From Neocallimastix sp. 'constans' (Eukaryota), in contig JBODTK010000142.1 of assembly GCA_050613775.1 (NCBI GenBank), positions 124,001-188,000 of the forward strand: a stretch of DNA of 64,000 nt, in the 5' to 3' direction. Positions 1 to 15,267 of the stretch are shown here, piece by piece. The position numbers were made by a program, and so were the translations under genes. Within the stretch, counting starts at the first letter, position 1. Each line of letters opens with the position of its first letter. The notes under the pieces are model-generated. The model did no database searches. It was not told where the DNA came from and saw only the letters and a list, made by a program, of their open reading frames with translations.

Positions 1-2305
1 AAATAATAAATAATCCTAATCAATATATTGGTGATACTATCAATTTAAGTGATCCACAATATCATCAATGTTGTAATCAATACAGTAAGTTGAATATTAA
101 TAATCATAATAATAAAAATTATTAAAATATTTATTAAATATATATTTATAATCATATATTTGTGAAACATAATACAAAAAAAAAAAAAAAAATGAAATTA
201 AAGATCAATGTGGTGAAACTGATGATTACTGTGGTCCATTTTGTCAAAGTGGTGGATGTGATCCTCTCATTGCTAATGATGATGAAGATGCACCATATGA
301 AGGTATGGAATGGTTAGTAAAATGTAAGAACCTTGTTATGGATAATAAATGTAGTAATAAATGTCCATGTGAAAGTGGAACTTGTAATTTAGATACAGGT
401 ATATGTGAAGGAGCAGACGCTGTTATTAGTAATGCTAATGATTGTGATGCTATGCCATATGGAACATGTAGTAAAGATTGTCCATGTAAGAATGGAATGT
501 GTTGTTCCAGCTATGGTTACTGTGGTGACAATGAAAATTATTGTGGTATTGGTTGTGTTAGTGGACCATGTCTTTATGCACCAAAGCCAGCCAATTGTCC
601 AAACGATGGTAGTTGTAATGCTGACTGTCCATGTCCAAAAGGTTACTGCTGTTCTAAATACGGATATTGTGGTACTGGAGAACTCTTCTGTGGAGAAGGT
701 TGCCAAAATGGTAGCTGTAATGGAGGAAGTACTGCTGCTACTACTGTAAGTACAACTACTGTTCCACCAGTTGTAACTAATACATCTGCTATCACAACTA
801 CTAGTACTGTTGCTGCCCCTTCATTACCAACTCCTAATGATTGTAGTTCTTTAGATATCGGAGTTTGTAATGAAAATTGTCCATGTAAGAATCCTGATCA
901 ATGTTGTTCAAAGTATGGATACTGTGGAACTGGTTCTCAATACTGTGGTGCTGGTTGTGTTAACGGCCCATGTGGAGATACCGAAAATAACGAACCAGTT
1001 GTTGTACCAGTACCAATAACTACTGTGAGTACTATGAAGCCTACAACTACTTCTATTCAGAATGTTGTCACCACTCCAAATGCTACAATACCTACCACTA
1101 CCACTACCACCTATGTTAAGCCAAGTCAAACTTCTTCTACTCCAGGTGCCAAGGGTAAGGCTGGTGTTATTATGTACCTTACCAATTGGTCTATCTATTC
1201 CAGGTTTACTAATGTAGCTAACTACGATTTCTCTGGTGTTGATGTCATTAATTATGCCTTCTTCAATGTTGATTCAGGAGGTAATGTATTAACTCTTGAT
1301 GAATGGGCTGACTATGGTTGGGGTAATGGTGGTTTAATTCGTATTTTAACCCACGATATCAAGGCTAAATATCCAAACATTAAAGTTGTTGTATCTATTG
1401 GTGGTTGGTCATGTTCTCAATACTTCTCTGATGTTGCAGCTAGTGCTAATGCCAGAAAGAACTTCGCAAGAAATATCTTAAACGTCATTACCACTAACGG
1501 TTTCGATGGTGTTGATCTTGACTGGGAATACCCAGGAGGTGGTGGTCTTGACGGTAACCACGTCAGAGCTGACGATGCAAAGAACTTCCTCCTTATGTTA
1601 AAAGATATTAGAAATGTTATTGGTAATAATTACCTTCTTACCATTGCTAACTCGGCCAATGCTTCAATATACGGAGAATACTTAATTGATATTAGTAAGA
1701 CTGTCGATTGGGTTGGAGTTATGACTTATGATATGGCTGGTGCTTGGAATGCCTATTCTGGTTTTAACTCACCACTTTACATTGATAAGCAAAAGGATAA
1801 GAATGGTCAAACTAGCATTTCTGATGTTGTAGAAGATTATATTAGTAAGGGTGTTGAACCTAGTCAAATTGTTATTGGTGGTGCATTTTATGGTAGATCA
1901 TGGATGGTTACCTCGGATGAAAATAATGGTGCTTACCAGTTATGTCAACAAACTTCATGGGGTGTTCAAGGTGGTGTTTGCAATGCTATTGTTGGTGATG
2001 CCTTTGATGTTTCCTGGGCTCCAACTGGTGTCTGGGCTTACTACAGTTTAAGAAAGCAAGGACTTTTAAGTTCATCAACCACTGCTAATTCTCCATGGAT
2101 TCGTAAATACCATGAATTAGAAGTTTGTCCATCAATTTATAATTACAACACCAAAGTCTTCATTGGATATGACGATCCAAAGTCACTCAAAGAAAAGACT
2201 AAGTTTGCTCGTAATAAGGGACTTGCAGGTATTATGGTATGGGAAATTAGTGAAGATTATGAAAGAGAATTATTAAACGCTATGAATGAAGGATGGAACA
2301 ACTAA
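1..2305 (+). CDS. GH18 chitinase with multiple N-terminal chitin-binding CBM18 (hevein-like) modules and Thr/Pro linkers; 5'-partial
   Basis: ORF 305-2305 has SIGGW and the intact catalytic motif [11 protein letters not shown], plus VMTYD and a C-terminal GIMVWE. Three CCSxYGYCG modules are present. The reading frame extends upstream through an intron 85-203 (GTAAGT...TAAAG), giving [25 protein letters not shown], so the true start lies left of the window. Confidence 0.95.
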
Positions 2306-3045
2306 ATAAACATATAAATAATAATAAAAAATTATTAATTTAACAAAAGATAAATATTTTTTATTTTTATAAAAATTTTGGATTTTCAATTTTTAATATA
2401 GCATATTTAAAAATTTTAATAACAATATATTTATAATTATTATTTTTTATTTTTATTTTTATTTTTATTTTTAATGTTTATATATAATATTAATCAACAT
2501 TCTATTAATAACAACTAAAATAAATTAAAAAATATATATATCTGTAAATTATATATATATATATATATATTTTTTTTTTTTTGTAAAAAATAAAAGAAAA
2601 AAATTAAATAAAAAATACGAAATAATTACATAAATTATATAGATAAATTTATATTATTATGAGAAAAAAAAATTGTGTTTTATTTAAGTTTATTCGTATT
2701 TTGTTATGAAATAATTATATTAGTCTTCTTATATATATTTTAATATATATAATTTAAAAAAATAACAAAATGAAAAGGTGTTATTAATCTAAATATAAAT
2801 ATTAAATAAATAAAATTAAAGCATAAGAATTATTATCATTTTTTTATTACGAGGATATATAAAATAAAATTTAATAACATAGTTTCAATTATAGATTTTC
2901 ATTTATATAATGTGGTTCAAAAAATCTTTTTAATATATATAAAATATAATGTTAAAAAATTGATATTTTTTAATTATAAATATAAAAGAAATAAAAAGAA
3001 AAAGTAAAAATAGAATAATATAAATAATTTAGTTTAAAAAAATAA

Positions 3046-3540
3046 TTACAGTGGGTTATTAGTATTACTGATAAAGTAATCACTCATATTAGGAAGTAAA
3101 GGTTGTTCAATTTTTTTATTATGTTTATTATCTTTTAAATTTTCCAATTTTGAAATTTTAATTGTTTCATGACATGGTATTAAATCAATTGCTGATATAT
3201 CTTTTATTTAAAAAAAATTAATATATCATGAATATTAATATTTATAATAAATTTACTATTGGGATAATATCATATTATTTATATATATGTATATCCAATA
3301 AAAACCTAATAAATTTCCACTATTTGCATTTTTTCCTTTTACATGTTGACTATTTCCTGAAGATGCTTCTTTAAAATCTCGAAGAATTGTTTTCCATGAA
3401 TATATCTTTTTATTAATATCATTATTTCTATCATCATTTATATCAATAATTTCATTATTTTCTTCATTATTTTTATTTTTTTCATTATCTTCATTTATAT
3501 TATCATTCAAATCATTTAATTCACTTATATCTATGTTCAT
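3046..3540 (-). CDS. Small hypothetical protein, probably two exons
   Basis: Coding-like exon from ATG 3540 (MNIDISELND...KTILRDFKEASSGNSQH) and a second open stretch 3046-3200 after an AG (ISAIDLIPCHETIKISKLE...NNPL*). The donor site is uncertain and no family is recognised. Confidence 0.4.
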
Positions 3541-3676
3541 TTTTTTCAAATATAAATTAAAATAAAAATATATATATAAATTATGCAAATAAATTAATTT
3601 ATTTATTTAATTATTTGATTAGTTATTCATTTACTTACTTATTTATTAATTATTTATGTACTTTCTTTTTATTTGT

Positions 3677-3795
<119 letters not shown>

Positions 3796-5222
3796 TTATT
3801 TAAATATATTTTAAAACTGATTGGTATTTATTGTTTTAATAAATATCTTTAATTAAAATAAAAATAATTTTAAAAGCTAAATTATTAAATATTAAATATT
3901 AAATATTAAAATAAATATTTAATGATTATTAACTATAAAAAAAAGATTTTATTATATTTTTATATTTTTTTGTGTTTTTCTTAAATATTTAATATACATT
4001 AATATAAAAAATTTTTTTTAAATATATAATAATTTGTTATCATTATATTATATAATATAGTAAAATATATTGAAAAAATATATATATTTACAGTTTTATT
4101 TTTTTTTTAAAAAAAAATTAATACTATTAATATTATAATTTTATAAAAAAAAAAACACATTTTTTTTTTCCTTTATTTTTTTTATAATCGTATGATTTAT
4201 ATTTAAAAACAAAAATAGGTGAATTCCAATAAATATATATTATTTTTATATAATAATAAGATAAAAGGTAAAATATTTTATAATATATTAATTAATCTAT
4301 TTTTATAATAAATACAAAATTACAAAAAAAAAGAAATAAATATATAAATACTTTATAATTTCACAAATTATTAAAAAATTTTAATAATAAAAATGCTTTT
4401 ATTATTGATATTATTAATTATGTATTTTGCTATTTTATAAAGAATACAAAAAAATATCAACAAGATTTTTATAATTCAATGTATTTAAAATAATTTATTA
4501 TTATGAAATTAAATTAAATTCTAAATTTAAATATACAGTTTTGCTTAATTTAAAGTATAATAATAGTATTAGTATTTATTCTAGTTTTACTAAATATTCA
4601 ATTCAATTCAATTTATTTTATTTTATTTTATTTTATTTTATTTTATTTTATTTTATTTTATTTTATTTTATTTTATTTTATTTTATTTTATTTTATTTTA
4701 TTTTATTTTATTTTATTTTATTTTATTTTATTTTATTTTATTTTATTTTATTTTATTTTATTTTATTTTATTTTATTTCATTTTATTTTATTTAATTTAA
4801 TTTAGTTTAGTTTAGTTTAGTTTAGTTTAATTTAATTTAATTGAATTGAATTTAATTGAATTTAATTGAATTCAATTGAATTCAATTCAGTTAAATTTTT
4901 TTTTATTTTTATTTTTATTTTTATTTTTATTTTTATTTTTATTTTTATTTTTATTTTTATTTTTATTTTTATTTTTATTTTTATTTTTATTTTTATTTTT
5001 ATTTTTATTTTTATTTTTATTTTTATTTTTATTTTTATTTTTATTTTTATTTTTTTCAATTATTATTTTATTTTAATTTATTTTGTTTATAAATTTTTTT
5101 AATAAATTTAACCATTATTTTTAATTATTATTATTATTATTATTTTTTTTTTTTTTTTTTTTTTTTTGAAAAATAAAAAGGTAACTAAGACTGAAAAATT
5201 AATATATATATAGAAAAAAAAA

Positions 5223-6410
5223 ATGCATAATTTTCAAAAAGATTTATCAAACAAAGTCAAGGAAGATATACCAAAAAATACCCCTCAAATACCACTTTCT
5301 TTAAAAGAAATAGTTAATGTTAATGGAAATAATAATGTTATAAAAAATAAAAAAAAGTTTTTAAATAAAAATAAAAGTACTCTTAATAATAATATATTGG
5401 AAATTAAAGAAATTGAAAACAACACTATTAATAATTTAAATACATATATAAATAGAGTAAATACAAGTAACAATAATTTTTGTAATATCAATAATAATAA
5501 TAGTAATAATAATAGCAATTTTGACATACCAAAGAAAAATAATTATACCAATTCAATACTATCAAATGCTCATATTGAAAATACAACCTCAAATAGTATT
5601 ACAAGTTCTCCTTCGGTTACAAGTAAAAGAAAATATTATGAAATTAAAGATAAAAACTCAAATAATAATTCACCAATTCAAACTCCTGTAAAAATTAAAT
5701 TAACCCATAATGGTAAAATTTTATCTCAAGATAAAAATAGTAACTATAATAGTATAATAAAGGATTTCAATTCTCCACCAATTACACCTATCCATTCTAA
5801 TATTGTGAATTTATCAAAAGAAAAAAATAATTATGATATTAATACAAAGAATAACAGTAAAAATAAGAATAACGAAGGTAATGGTAATGGTACTCTGATT
5901 ATAATCTCTGATACTGATAATAATAATAATATTAAGTGTCGTATTGGTAATAAAAACATCAGTAGTAGTAGCAGCGGTTCTAGTAGTACTAGTAAGATTA
6001 AAAAAATTAAGAATACTGAAAATAATAATAATGATAAAATAAAAAAGAAAATATTATGGGATGACTTTAATGCAGAACCATCTTCTAGTAGTAGTAGTAG
6101 TAATAATAATAATAATAATAATATCTGTGGTTCAAGAAGTAAAGGAAAGCATCACTCTTTAACTGATGAAGAATTATACATAATTAACACAGCTGATGAC
6201 GATAATATACCACAAGAATTTTATACCGAAACTAGTGCTAAATTATCATCAGAAGATAGCAATGTTATTGATTTGGAAAATTACTCAACTCCAAAAAATG
6301 AGGATAATAAATCAGATGATGATGATGTAATTTTAATATCTAATATAATTGATGATAAAAATTCTTCATCGAATTCTAATAATACCAGTACCACTATCAA
6401 TTCAAATATA

Positions 6411-6446
<36 letters not shown>

Positions 6447-7530
6447 CCTGAGAGTGATCATCAAGATGATACATTAACTGAAGATGAATTATTAGCAATA
6501 AGATTACAATTCGAAGAACAGGAAGAATTCAATAATAGAATGGTAAGTCTTTGATATGGATATTATATATTTTTAAACTTTTTTATTATTGTTTTTTTTT
6601 CTTTTTTTTTTTAATAATAAAATTATCAAAGAAATTTAATTACACACCATTTATATTATATTATAATATATTAATACACAATATTAATGGCATTTATCAA
6701 TTAATTATAATAATTTATATATATATATATATATTTAAAATGATAATAAATAAAAATTTAAATAAATAAAATAAATCATAATGATAATAATGATAATAAT
6801 AATTAAAAAAAAAAAAAAAGGCTAGTATTAGTCAGTATAATTTAAATGATAATTTTTATGATTTAGATGGTTTACAAATTCATTCTTTATATTCATCATT
6901 GGATAATTTTTCTTCACCAATGTTTATGAATTCAAGGTAATTAATAAATATATTATATAATAAATTTATGTCATTCTTTATTAAAATTATAAATAAATAT
7001 GTATATATTTTAATTATTTTAATTATTATTATGATTATTTCTCCAAAAATAGAGGATATATTATGGATTTAAGAAATTATATAGAAGATGATGAATTAGA
7101 TGATAGTTATGAAGGTTTATTAAGATTAGAAGAAAGAATAGGAAATGTAAAACATAGTTTAGATAATAATTTAATTAATAAAAATAAAGTAATAAAATAC
7201 AGTAAAGATAATAAAGAAATACAAGAAACAAAGTAAGTTTTTTTAATTTTTCATATTCATAAAAAAATAAATAAATAAATAAGAAATTTTTAAATTTATT
7301 ATTATTGTAAATATTTATTTAAAGTAATAAATTATATAAATATATTATCATTATAGATGCTCTATATGTCTTTTAAATTATGAAGAAGATGAAGAATTAC
7401 GTAAACTTATATGTTCTCATTTTTTCCATAAAAGGGTAAATGTATATAATAAATTAAGCCGTTTAAAATATTTATTATATTATATAATAAATAATAATAA
7501 TAATAATAATAAAATTAAAAATAAAATAAA

Positions 7531-7575
<45 letters not shown>

Positions 7576-7845
7576 TTATTAGTATTTTATTAATATTTAT
7601 ACTTTTTTTTTTTTTTTTAAATTGAATTAGTGTATTGATAATTGGTTTAAAAATAGTTCAACCTGCCCAATGTAAGTTTTTAATATTATAATTAATAAAA
7701 TTAAAATTTTATATTAAATATATATTATATTTTAATATTATAAAAATTAAATAAATTTTATATATTAAAAATAATTATCATAATTATAATAATTAATAAA
7801 TAATAAAGATGTCGTATGGATGTAAAAGAAAAGTTGAAAAGTTGA
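5223..7845 (+). CDS. RING-H2 E3 ubiquitin ligase (RNF111/RNF165/RNF38-like C-terminus) with a disordered Asn/Ser-rich N-terminus, SIM-like and UIM-like motifs
   Basis: Exons 5223-6542, 6821-6936, 7053-7232, 7357-7435, 7631-7671 and 7809-7845, all with GT-AG introns. Spliced C-terminus: DDSYEGLLRLEERIGNV...KCSICLLNYEEDEELRKLICSHFFHKRCIDNWFKNSSTCPICRMDVKEKLKS*. Confidence 0.9.
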
Positions 7846-8133
7846 AAAGATAAGCAAAAGGGAAATATCACTACAATTTTTATATAAAATGTAATTAATA
7901 TTTATTTCTTTATTTCTCTTTCAACTCATAATGGTAATAATAATAATAATAATAATAAAATCAGTAAATAATATTTAACTTTTTAAAAATATTCAAACAA
8001 TATTTAATATATTTAAACAGCATTTCACAAAAATTTAAAATTTAATTTTTTATTAAAAAATAAAAAGCAAAAAACAAAAATAAAATAAAATAAAATAATA
8101 TATTTATATTTTGAAAATTTTGAAAATTCTTTA

Positions 8134-8178
<45 letters not shown>

Positions 8179-8476
8179 TACTACTATTTTATTTTATATT
8201 ATTTATATTTATATATATATATATTATAGTTTATTTTATTTTTCCATTTTAATTCTATGTTTTATTCTTATTTATATGTTTTTAAAAATTTTATATTGTT
8301 TCTATCAGTATTGTAAATAATAATTAATTATTATTATATAATTTAAAAATTATATTAATTTTTTTTTATTATTTAAATATTTTTTTATTCATATAAAATG
8401 TTTATTATCATTTATCCATTTTTATTATTTATATAATATTATTAATTCATACATATATTCTTTTTCAATTTCAAAT

Positions 8477-8508
<32 letters not shown>

Positions 8509-8726
8509 CATTAATTACTTAATTATTTATTTTTTAATTTTAATTTTAATTTTTTTTTTGATTTTATTTTTTATTTTATTAGTTTTTATTAATTTATTTA
8601 TTTTACAATTATCAAATATTATATAAATGATGTATAATTAATTAGAAAAAAATGTTATTATTTCTATCCACTTTTAGTTTTTATGTTTTCTTTCTTTCTT
8701 AATTTTATTTTTATTATTTTTTTTAT

Positions 8727-10100
8727 TTAAACTTTTAAAACTTGTACATGATCATCAAAATTAATACCAATCCATTCTGGTGAAGAGGTATTCCAGCATA
8801 CTTGATTAATAGCACTTTCAGCTTGATAGGATAGTATAGGTTGTTCAATTTTTTTACCTTTTTCTATTTGGGATATATCCCATATATAGGCTTGAGCATC
8901 ATCACCTATTATATATATATATTAAATAGAAAATATAACAAAAAAAAAAAAATAAATAAAATTAAAAATAAAAAGTAAAAAATATAAAAAAAATATAAAA
9001 ATATATTATTAAGGATAATGATAAATTTATATATTTTTATATTTATTTATTTGAATTTTATTTTTTATTTACTTATTTATTTATATATTTTACCTGCTGA
9101 ACATAAATGTTTACGAGATTGTGGTGACCAAGTAATAGAATTTATATTTCCTTTATGACATTGTAATTTTGAGACAGGTACAGCAGGTACACGAATATCA
9201 AGTATAATTACATTGGAAGAATTCATTTGAAAAGTAGCTATATAATTTGGATCTTGTTTATTCCAAGATAATCTTAATAATGGCATATTACTTTCTTGAC
9301 TATTATTAATGTCCGTGTCTCCAGTACCAGGTGTCGATGTTTCATATATAATTGTTGAATGTTCTAAAGCTCTATTTATGTAAATAAATAAAAAGCAATA
9401 GAAATAAAAATAGAAATAAATCATTAATAATCATAGTTGTTTAGATATATATATATATATATGTTAGATAATCAATCAAGAATCATCTTTATGTATATAT
9501 GAAAAATATTGTTTTATTTAAATATATACCTTAAATCAAACATTCTAACTGAACCATCAGCACCAACACTAGCAAATATATCTACTCCATTTGAAAAAGC
9601 AACATCATAAACTTCTTTATCATGAGCAATTAATTGTGTTTTTGCTTGTTGAGTCTGATTAAAAATAAATAATTATTTAAAAAAGAAACAAAATAAAAAA
9701 TAAAAAATAAAAAATAAAAAATAAAAAATAAAAAAATAAAAATAAAATAAAAATAAATAAAAAGTGAAATTATAAGATTAATAATAAAAATACTTATTCA
9801 TTGAAAGAATATATATATATATATTTAATATCAATTATTAATATTATAATTTTTAATATATATATGTATTTTCAATTAAATAAAGATTTTTAAATATTTG
9901 ATTTTTTAATTACATTTATATCCCATATAGTACAAGTTGTATCAATACTACTAGTGACAATCATAGAATGATCTGATTCATTCCAATCAAATGATGTTAA
10001 AGGGGCACAAAAATCTTTTTTATTCTTTTTTAATTTGATTATTATAACGATTATTATAATTATTATTATTATTATTATAATTATTATTATTATTATTATA

Positions 10101-10197
<97 letters not shown>

Positions 10198-11107
10198 GAT
10201 GATTAATTATTGTTGTTATTGTTAAATGAATAAAAATTATTTAAATATTATGAATATAAAAAATTTTATTTAATTTTTAATGTTAATTATAGCAATAATT
10301 AATAATAATCATAATAATTTATAATAATAATTAATAATAATAATAATAATAATAAATAATTAATAATTAATAAAATAATAAATAATATCATATTAATTAT
10401 AAATATACTTACTGGACCTATTTTTCTTATATTTGCAAGTGTTGCTTTTAAAATAACATTATTTTCTGGATCATCTGGATTAGCATCATCCGATAATTCC
10501 CAAATTCTAAGGTATTCACTAGTTGTTGCAAATAAATCAGGTATAAGACCACCCTTTTTAATAATTTAATAATATACGTAAAATAATTATAAATAATTTT
10601 ATGTTATATGTTATTATAAAAAGTATTATAGATAATAGATTATAATTAATAAATTTATATTATAATTAAAATAATAATAATAATATAAATATATAATAAT
10701 AGTAAATTTATTCTTTTTTCATTTATATCCTATAAAAATTTATTAAATTACATTGTAAGGAGACCATAAAAGTTTAGTTGTAGGATAATTATGCGTAACT
10801 TCTGCTATTTTAATGTATTCATCTTCTTTTTCACTATGCTGGATTACTTGTAACTATCAATTAAATATATGAATTTTTTTTTTTAAATAATTTTAATATT
10901 TATTGTATTTTCAAAATAATATTGAAAAATCATCATTTATGAGATTTTTTAAAAAAATTTTTTTTTATTTCATCAATTTTATTTTATATAAAAGTAATGA
11001 TATAAAAATTAAAATTATATTATATATTATATGAAATAATAATGATAATAATAATTATAATTAAAATTAATTATTATAAATAATAAATAAATAAATAATA
11101 GAAAAAG

Positions 11108-11143
<36 letters not shown>

Positions 11144-11319
11144 TATGTAAAAATAATATATTATTAATCATTTATAGTTATATTTACTTTATTTTGATAA
11201 TTTTCAAGAAAACTTCCAAAACCAAGTCTTAATTGACCTTTTCTACTACTCCAATTCATGGCATACACTGGCCACGGTGCAGTATAGGTATATATTTCTT
11301 TACTTTCGTCTTGACTCAT
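8727..11319 (-). CDS. DCAF7: WD40 scaffold protein of the DCAF7/WDR68/HAN11 (AN11/TTG1) family
   Basis: Seven exons with family-diagnostic peptides: [126 protein letters not shown]. Confidence 0.95.
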
Positions 11320-11435
11320 TTTTTTTAAAAAAAATTTATTATATAAATATAATATTTATTCTAATATTTGGTGAGGACAAAAATAATAAATATATAATAA
11401 ATAGGTATAATATAGTAATATATATATTTTTTTTC

Positions 11436-11508
<73 letters not shown>

Positions 11509-11769
11509 ATAATAATAACAATATTATGAATTAATTTTGATTAATTTTATTTTTAAATGGATGATAATGGTATATAATTATAAACAAGAATTCCAGTATT
11601 TTAATTGAAAATATAATAACAATTATTATGATAAAAGTATATTAATTTATAAAATAATGATTATAAAATATATAAAATTATAGATATAATATAATAATAC
11701 AATTTTTATAAAAATATAATATTAATATAGATATAAAGATAAATATTATGTTATTTATATGTGTGTATG

Positions 11770-11800
<31 letters not shown>

Positions 11801-12744
11801 CATTTATTGTATCAATAATATAAAATAAATTAATACTAAAATTTTTTTTGATAACAAGCAAGCAATTAGAAGAAAAATTAAATAATTAACAAAATAGATT
11901 TTAAATTTTGAATAATGTAATATAATATTATAATGAATTAAACAATAAATAATGTTATATATAAATTAATTATCCAAAAATAGTTATTAATATCCAATGT
12001 TTAAAAAAAAAAAAAGTTCATTAATTAAAAAAATGTATATTAAATAAAAATAAATAAAAGTATATATATTTTATAAAACAAAAATGTATATATATGTGTA
12101 TATAGGAGATATAAAGTTTCAATTTTAGATGTTCTATTTGTTTGTTATTTTCTTTGAGATATAAAAAAGATAAATAAATAAATTTGAAATTTTTGAAATT
12201 TATTTTTTATTTTACCTTTCGATATTTTTTTTTTTGTTTAATTTATCTAATGTTGTATATTATTATTATTAAATAATTTGTTTCATATATAATATATATA
12301 TATTTATTTTTATCTTTATTGCTATAAATTATGTTTCCTTTACAATAAATTTTTTTATATAATTTTTATTTGTATTCTTTATTAATGAAATTTATTTTTT
12401 ATTTATTTATTTATTTTTTTTTTTCTTCAATGATAATTGTAAAAAAGAATTATATAATATTTTTAAATATATGAAAAAATAAAATAAAATAAATGTTAGT
12501 GAAAAAAATAAATATATAAATATTTATTAAATTATAAAAGAAAATAATAATGATAATAATAAATAAATGATTGATTAATGAAGAATGATAAATAAATAAA
12601 TAATAGATAAATAATAAATAATAATAATTAATACTTTTTTTTTGTTAACAATTTTTCTTTTACTTAATTTTTAAGTTTGAAAATTTAATAAGCAAATAAA
12701 AAAATATTTAATTAAAAATACTTAATTTTTATATGAAGTACTTA

Positions 12745-12836
<92 letters not shown>

Positions 12837-13228
12837 TACTTGAATTTCCTTTATTCTATTTAATAAATTGAAATAATGTATTTTTTTTTATTTTAAAAAA
12901 TTTTAAATTTTTGAAAATTATATGCATTTATTTGAAATTAATTATAATAAATATAAAAAAAAATGTAATAAATAAAACTTAAATATGATTAATAATTTTC
13001 TTCTATTTTTATTTTTATCTTTTATTTTGTTTTTTTTTTTTTTTGTTTTTTTTTTTTTGCTGTATTCTCTTTTCTTCTTTTTTTTCTTCTTTTTAATTTG
13101 TTTATAATTTTTTTATTTATTTATTTTTTAATTTATTATTTATTAGAATATATTAGTCCAATTATCATTATCAATAAATTAATTAGATTTATAATTAATA
13201 TATATTAATTTATATAATGAATAAATAC

Positions 13229-13307
<79 letters not shown>

Positions 13308-13670
13308 TTTTATTAATAAAAAAATTCTTTATGTATATATTTTTATTACAGAAAAAATTTAATTTTTTTTTTTGCTTGGATTTTTGAATGATTTTTTAAA
13401 TATGCTTATTTATATTGTATTTGATGTTTGAACACTTGTATATCTAATCAGTTAATGAATTCTTTTTAATTATATAACTATTATTTTTACTTATTCAATC
13501 TAAAACAATAAAATTAAGAATAAATATTATTTTTTTAATATTTCTTTATTTATTATTATTCAAAAATACAAAATTATTGTCCCATTCTATAAAAGAAAGA
13601 ACATTATCTTCCTTTTATATTTTATGAATTTTTAGTTATTAATTATTAGTTTGTTATTACATTAATCCCA

Positions 13671-13829
<159 letters not shown>

Positions 13830-14660
13830 TTTTATCATTCAAATTAATGATCATTTGATTCTAATATTAATACAATTTTTTTTTCTTATTATTATTATTC
13901 ATTTATTCATCTATTATAATATTGTTATTTTAAAAATCAACTATTATTATGTTTTTTTTTATTATTTAAATTAAAAATAAATTTAAAATTTTATATAGAA
14001 ACTTTCAATATTATGTATTTTACTTCTGTATTTAAATATTATGATTTTTCATTTATAATTTATTAATCTTTACTATTCTAATTTATTTATTTAAATATAT
14101 ACAAAAAGAAATATTTCTATATTTGCCAGGATTTTATTTTGGATGGTAAAGTCCAATATGGAGAAAAGGAGGAAATATGATTAAAGCAGCAAAGATAATA
14201 AAGTAATATTAGTAAAATCTTTATTATAAAATTTTAATAGAGTATTTGTTATAGAATATTAATGTAGAATTTTTATTTATATTATTTATATCAAAAATTA
14301 TTAAAATAAAAAAATATTAAAAAAAAATAAAAAAGTATATATCCATAACATATTTTTTTTAAACAATGAATAAATAAATATACTTAATATTTGGTATACT
14401 AAATAATGTGTTTTTAAAGATATATTGTATCATATTTTCTTCAGTTCGTTGGGAAAAAAAATAAAATTATATTATAGACAATTCAATGATTTAATAATTA
14501 AAACAATCCAATAAAAGATATTATGTTTTATTTAAAAAAAATATTTTTATCAATAATAAAAAAAATAAAATATATTTAAATAACAAACTATTGACTAAAT
14601 TATTAACTTAACTATTAGTCGTTATTCATTCTTTGTTATTGATTTTACAACTATTTATAC

Positions 14661-14728
14661 TTATTAGTTTTAATTCAATTAAATATTTTAGAATAAAATA
14701 AAATATTTAATTGAATTAAAACTAATAA
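14661..14728. repeat. Perfect 30-bp inverted repeat with an 8-nt spacer
   Basis: TTATTAGTTTTAATTCAATTAAATATTTTA (14661-14690) and its exact reverse complement (14699-14728). Confidence 0.9.
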
Positions 14729-15267
14729 TATAATTTTAATTATTAATTTAATAAATAATTAATTCATATTATATTATATATAATATTAATTATTAATTTA
14801 AGTAATAATATAAGAATTTTATCTTCTCATTTTTACTGAAATATTAGTAATTAATAGCAAAAGTAGTAAATTGTGATTACGTAGAAACACAAATATTTTG
14901 GAATATTAGAGCGACTGATTAAATTGTTATTATATACTTCATATCAATTACCTTATTATATAATGTAATAATACTTTATTAATATTATAATTAATTATAT
15001 TATAATGATGTTCTATGGAAAATAGTGAATTATAATGGTTTAGTTAATAATTATGTATTGGAAAATAAAATAAAATATTGATTAGTATAATAATATAAAA
15101 AAATATTTAATAAAATATTAAAATAATTATTAACAATGTTGGTTACACAACAAGTTTGTAACACTAAGTAATTTTTTTTTTTTTAATGAAATTTGTTTTA
15201 TTAATTTATTAAATATAAAATACTATTAATTATTAATTTGCTCTAGTAATTGTCATTAATATACTTA

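Noticed and set aside
389..1129. Overlapping and antisense ORFs in the chitinase, protease, TRZ1, LINE and bestrophin
   Set aside because: They are shadow frames of well-supported genes with no motifs of their own.
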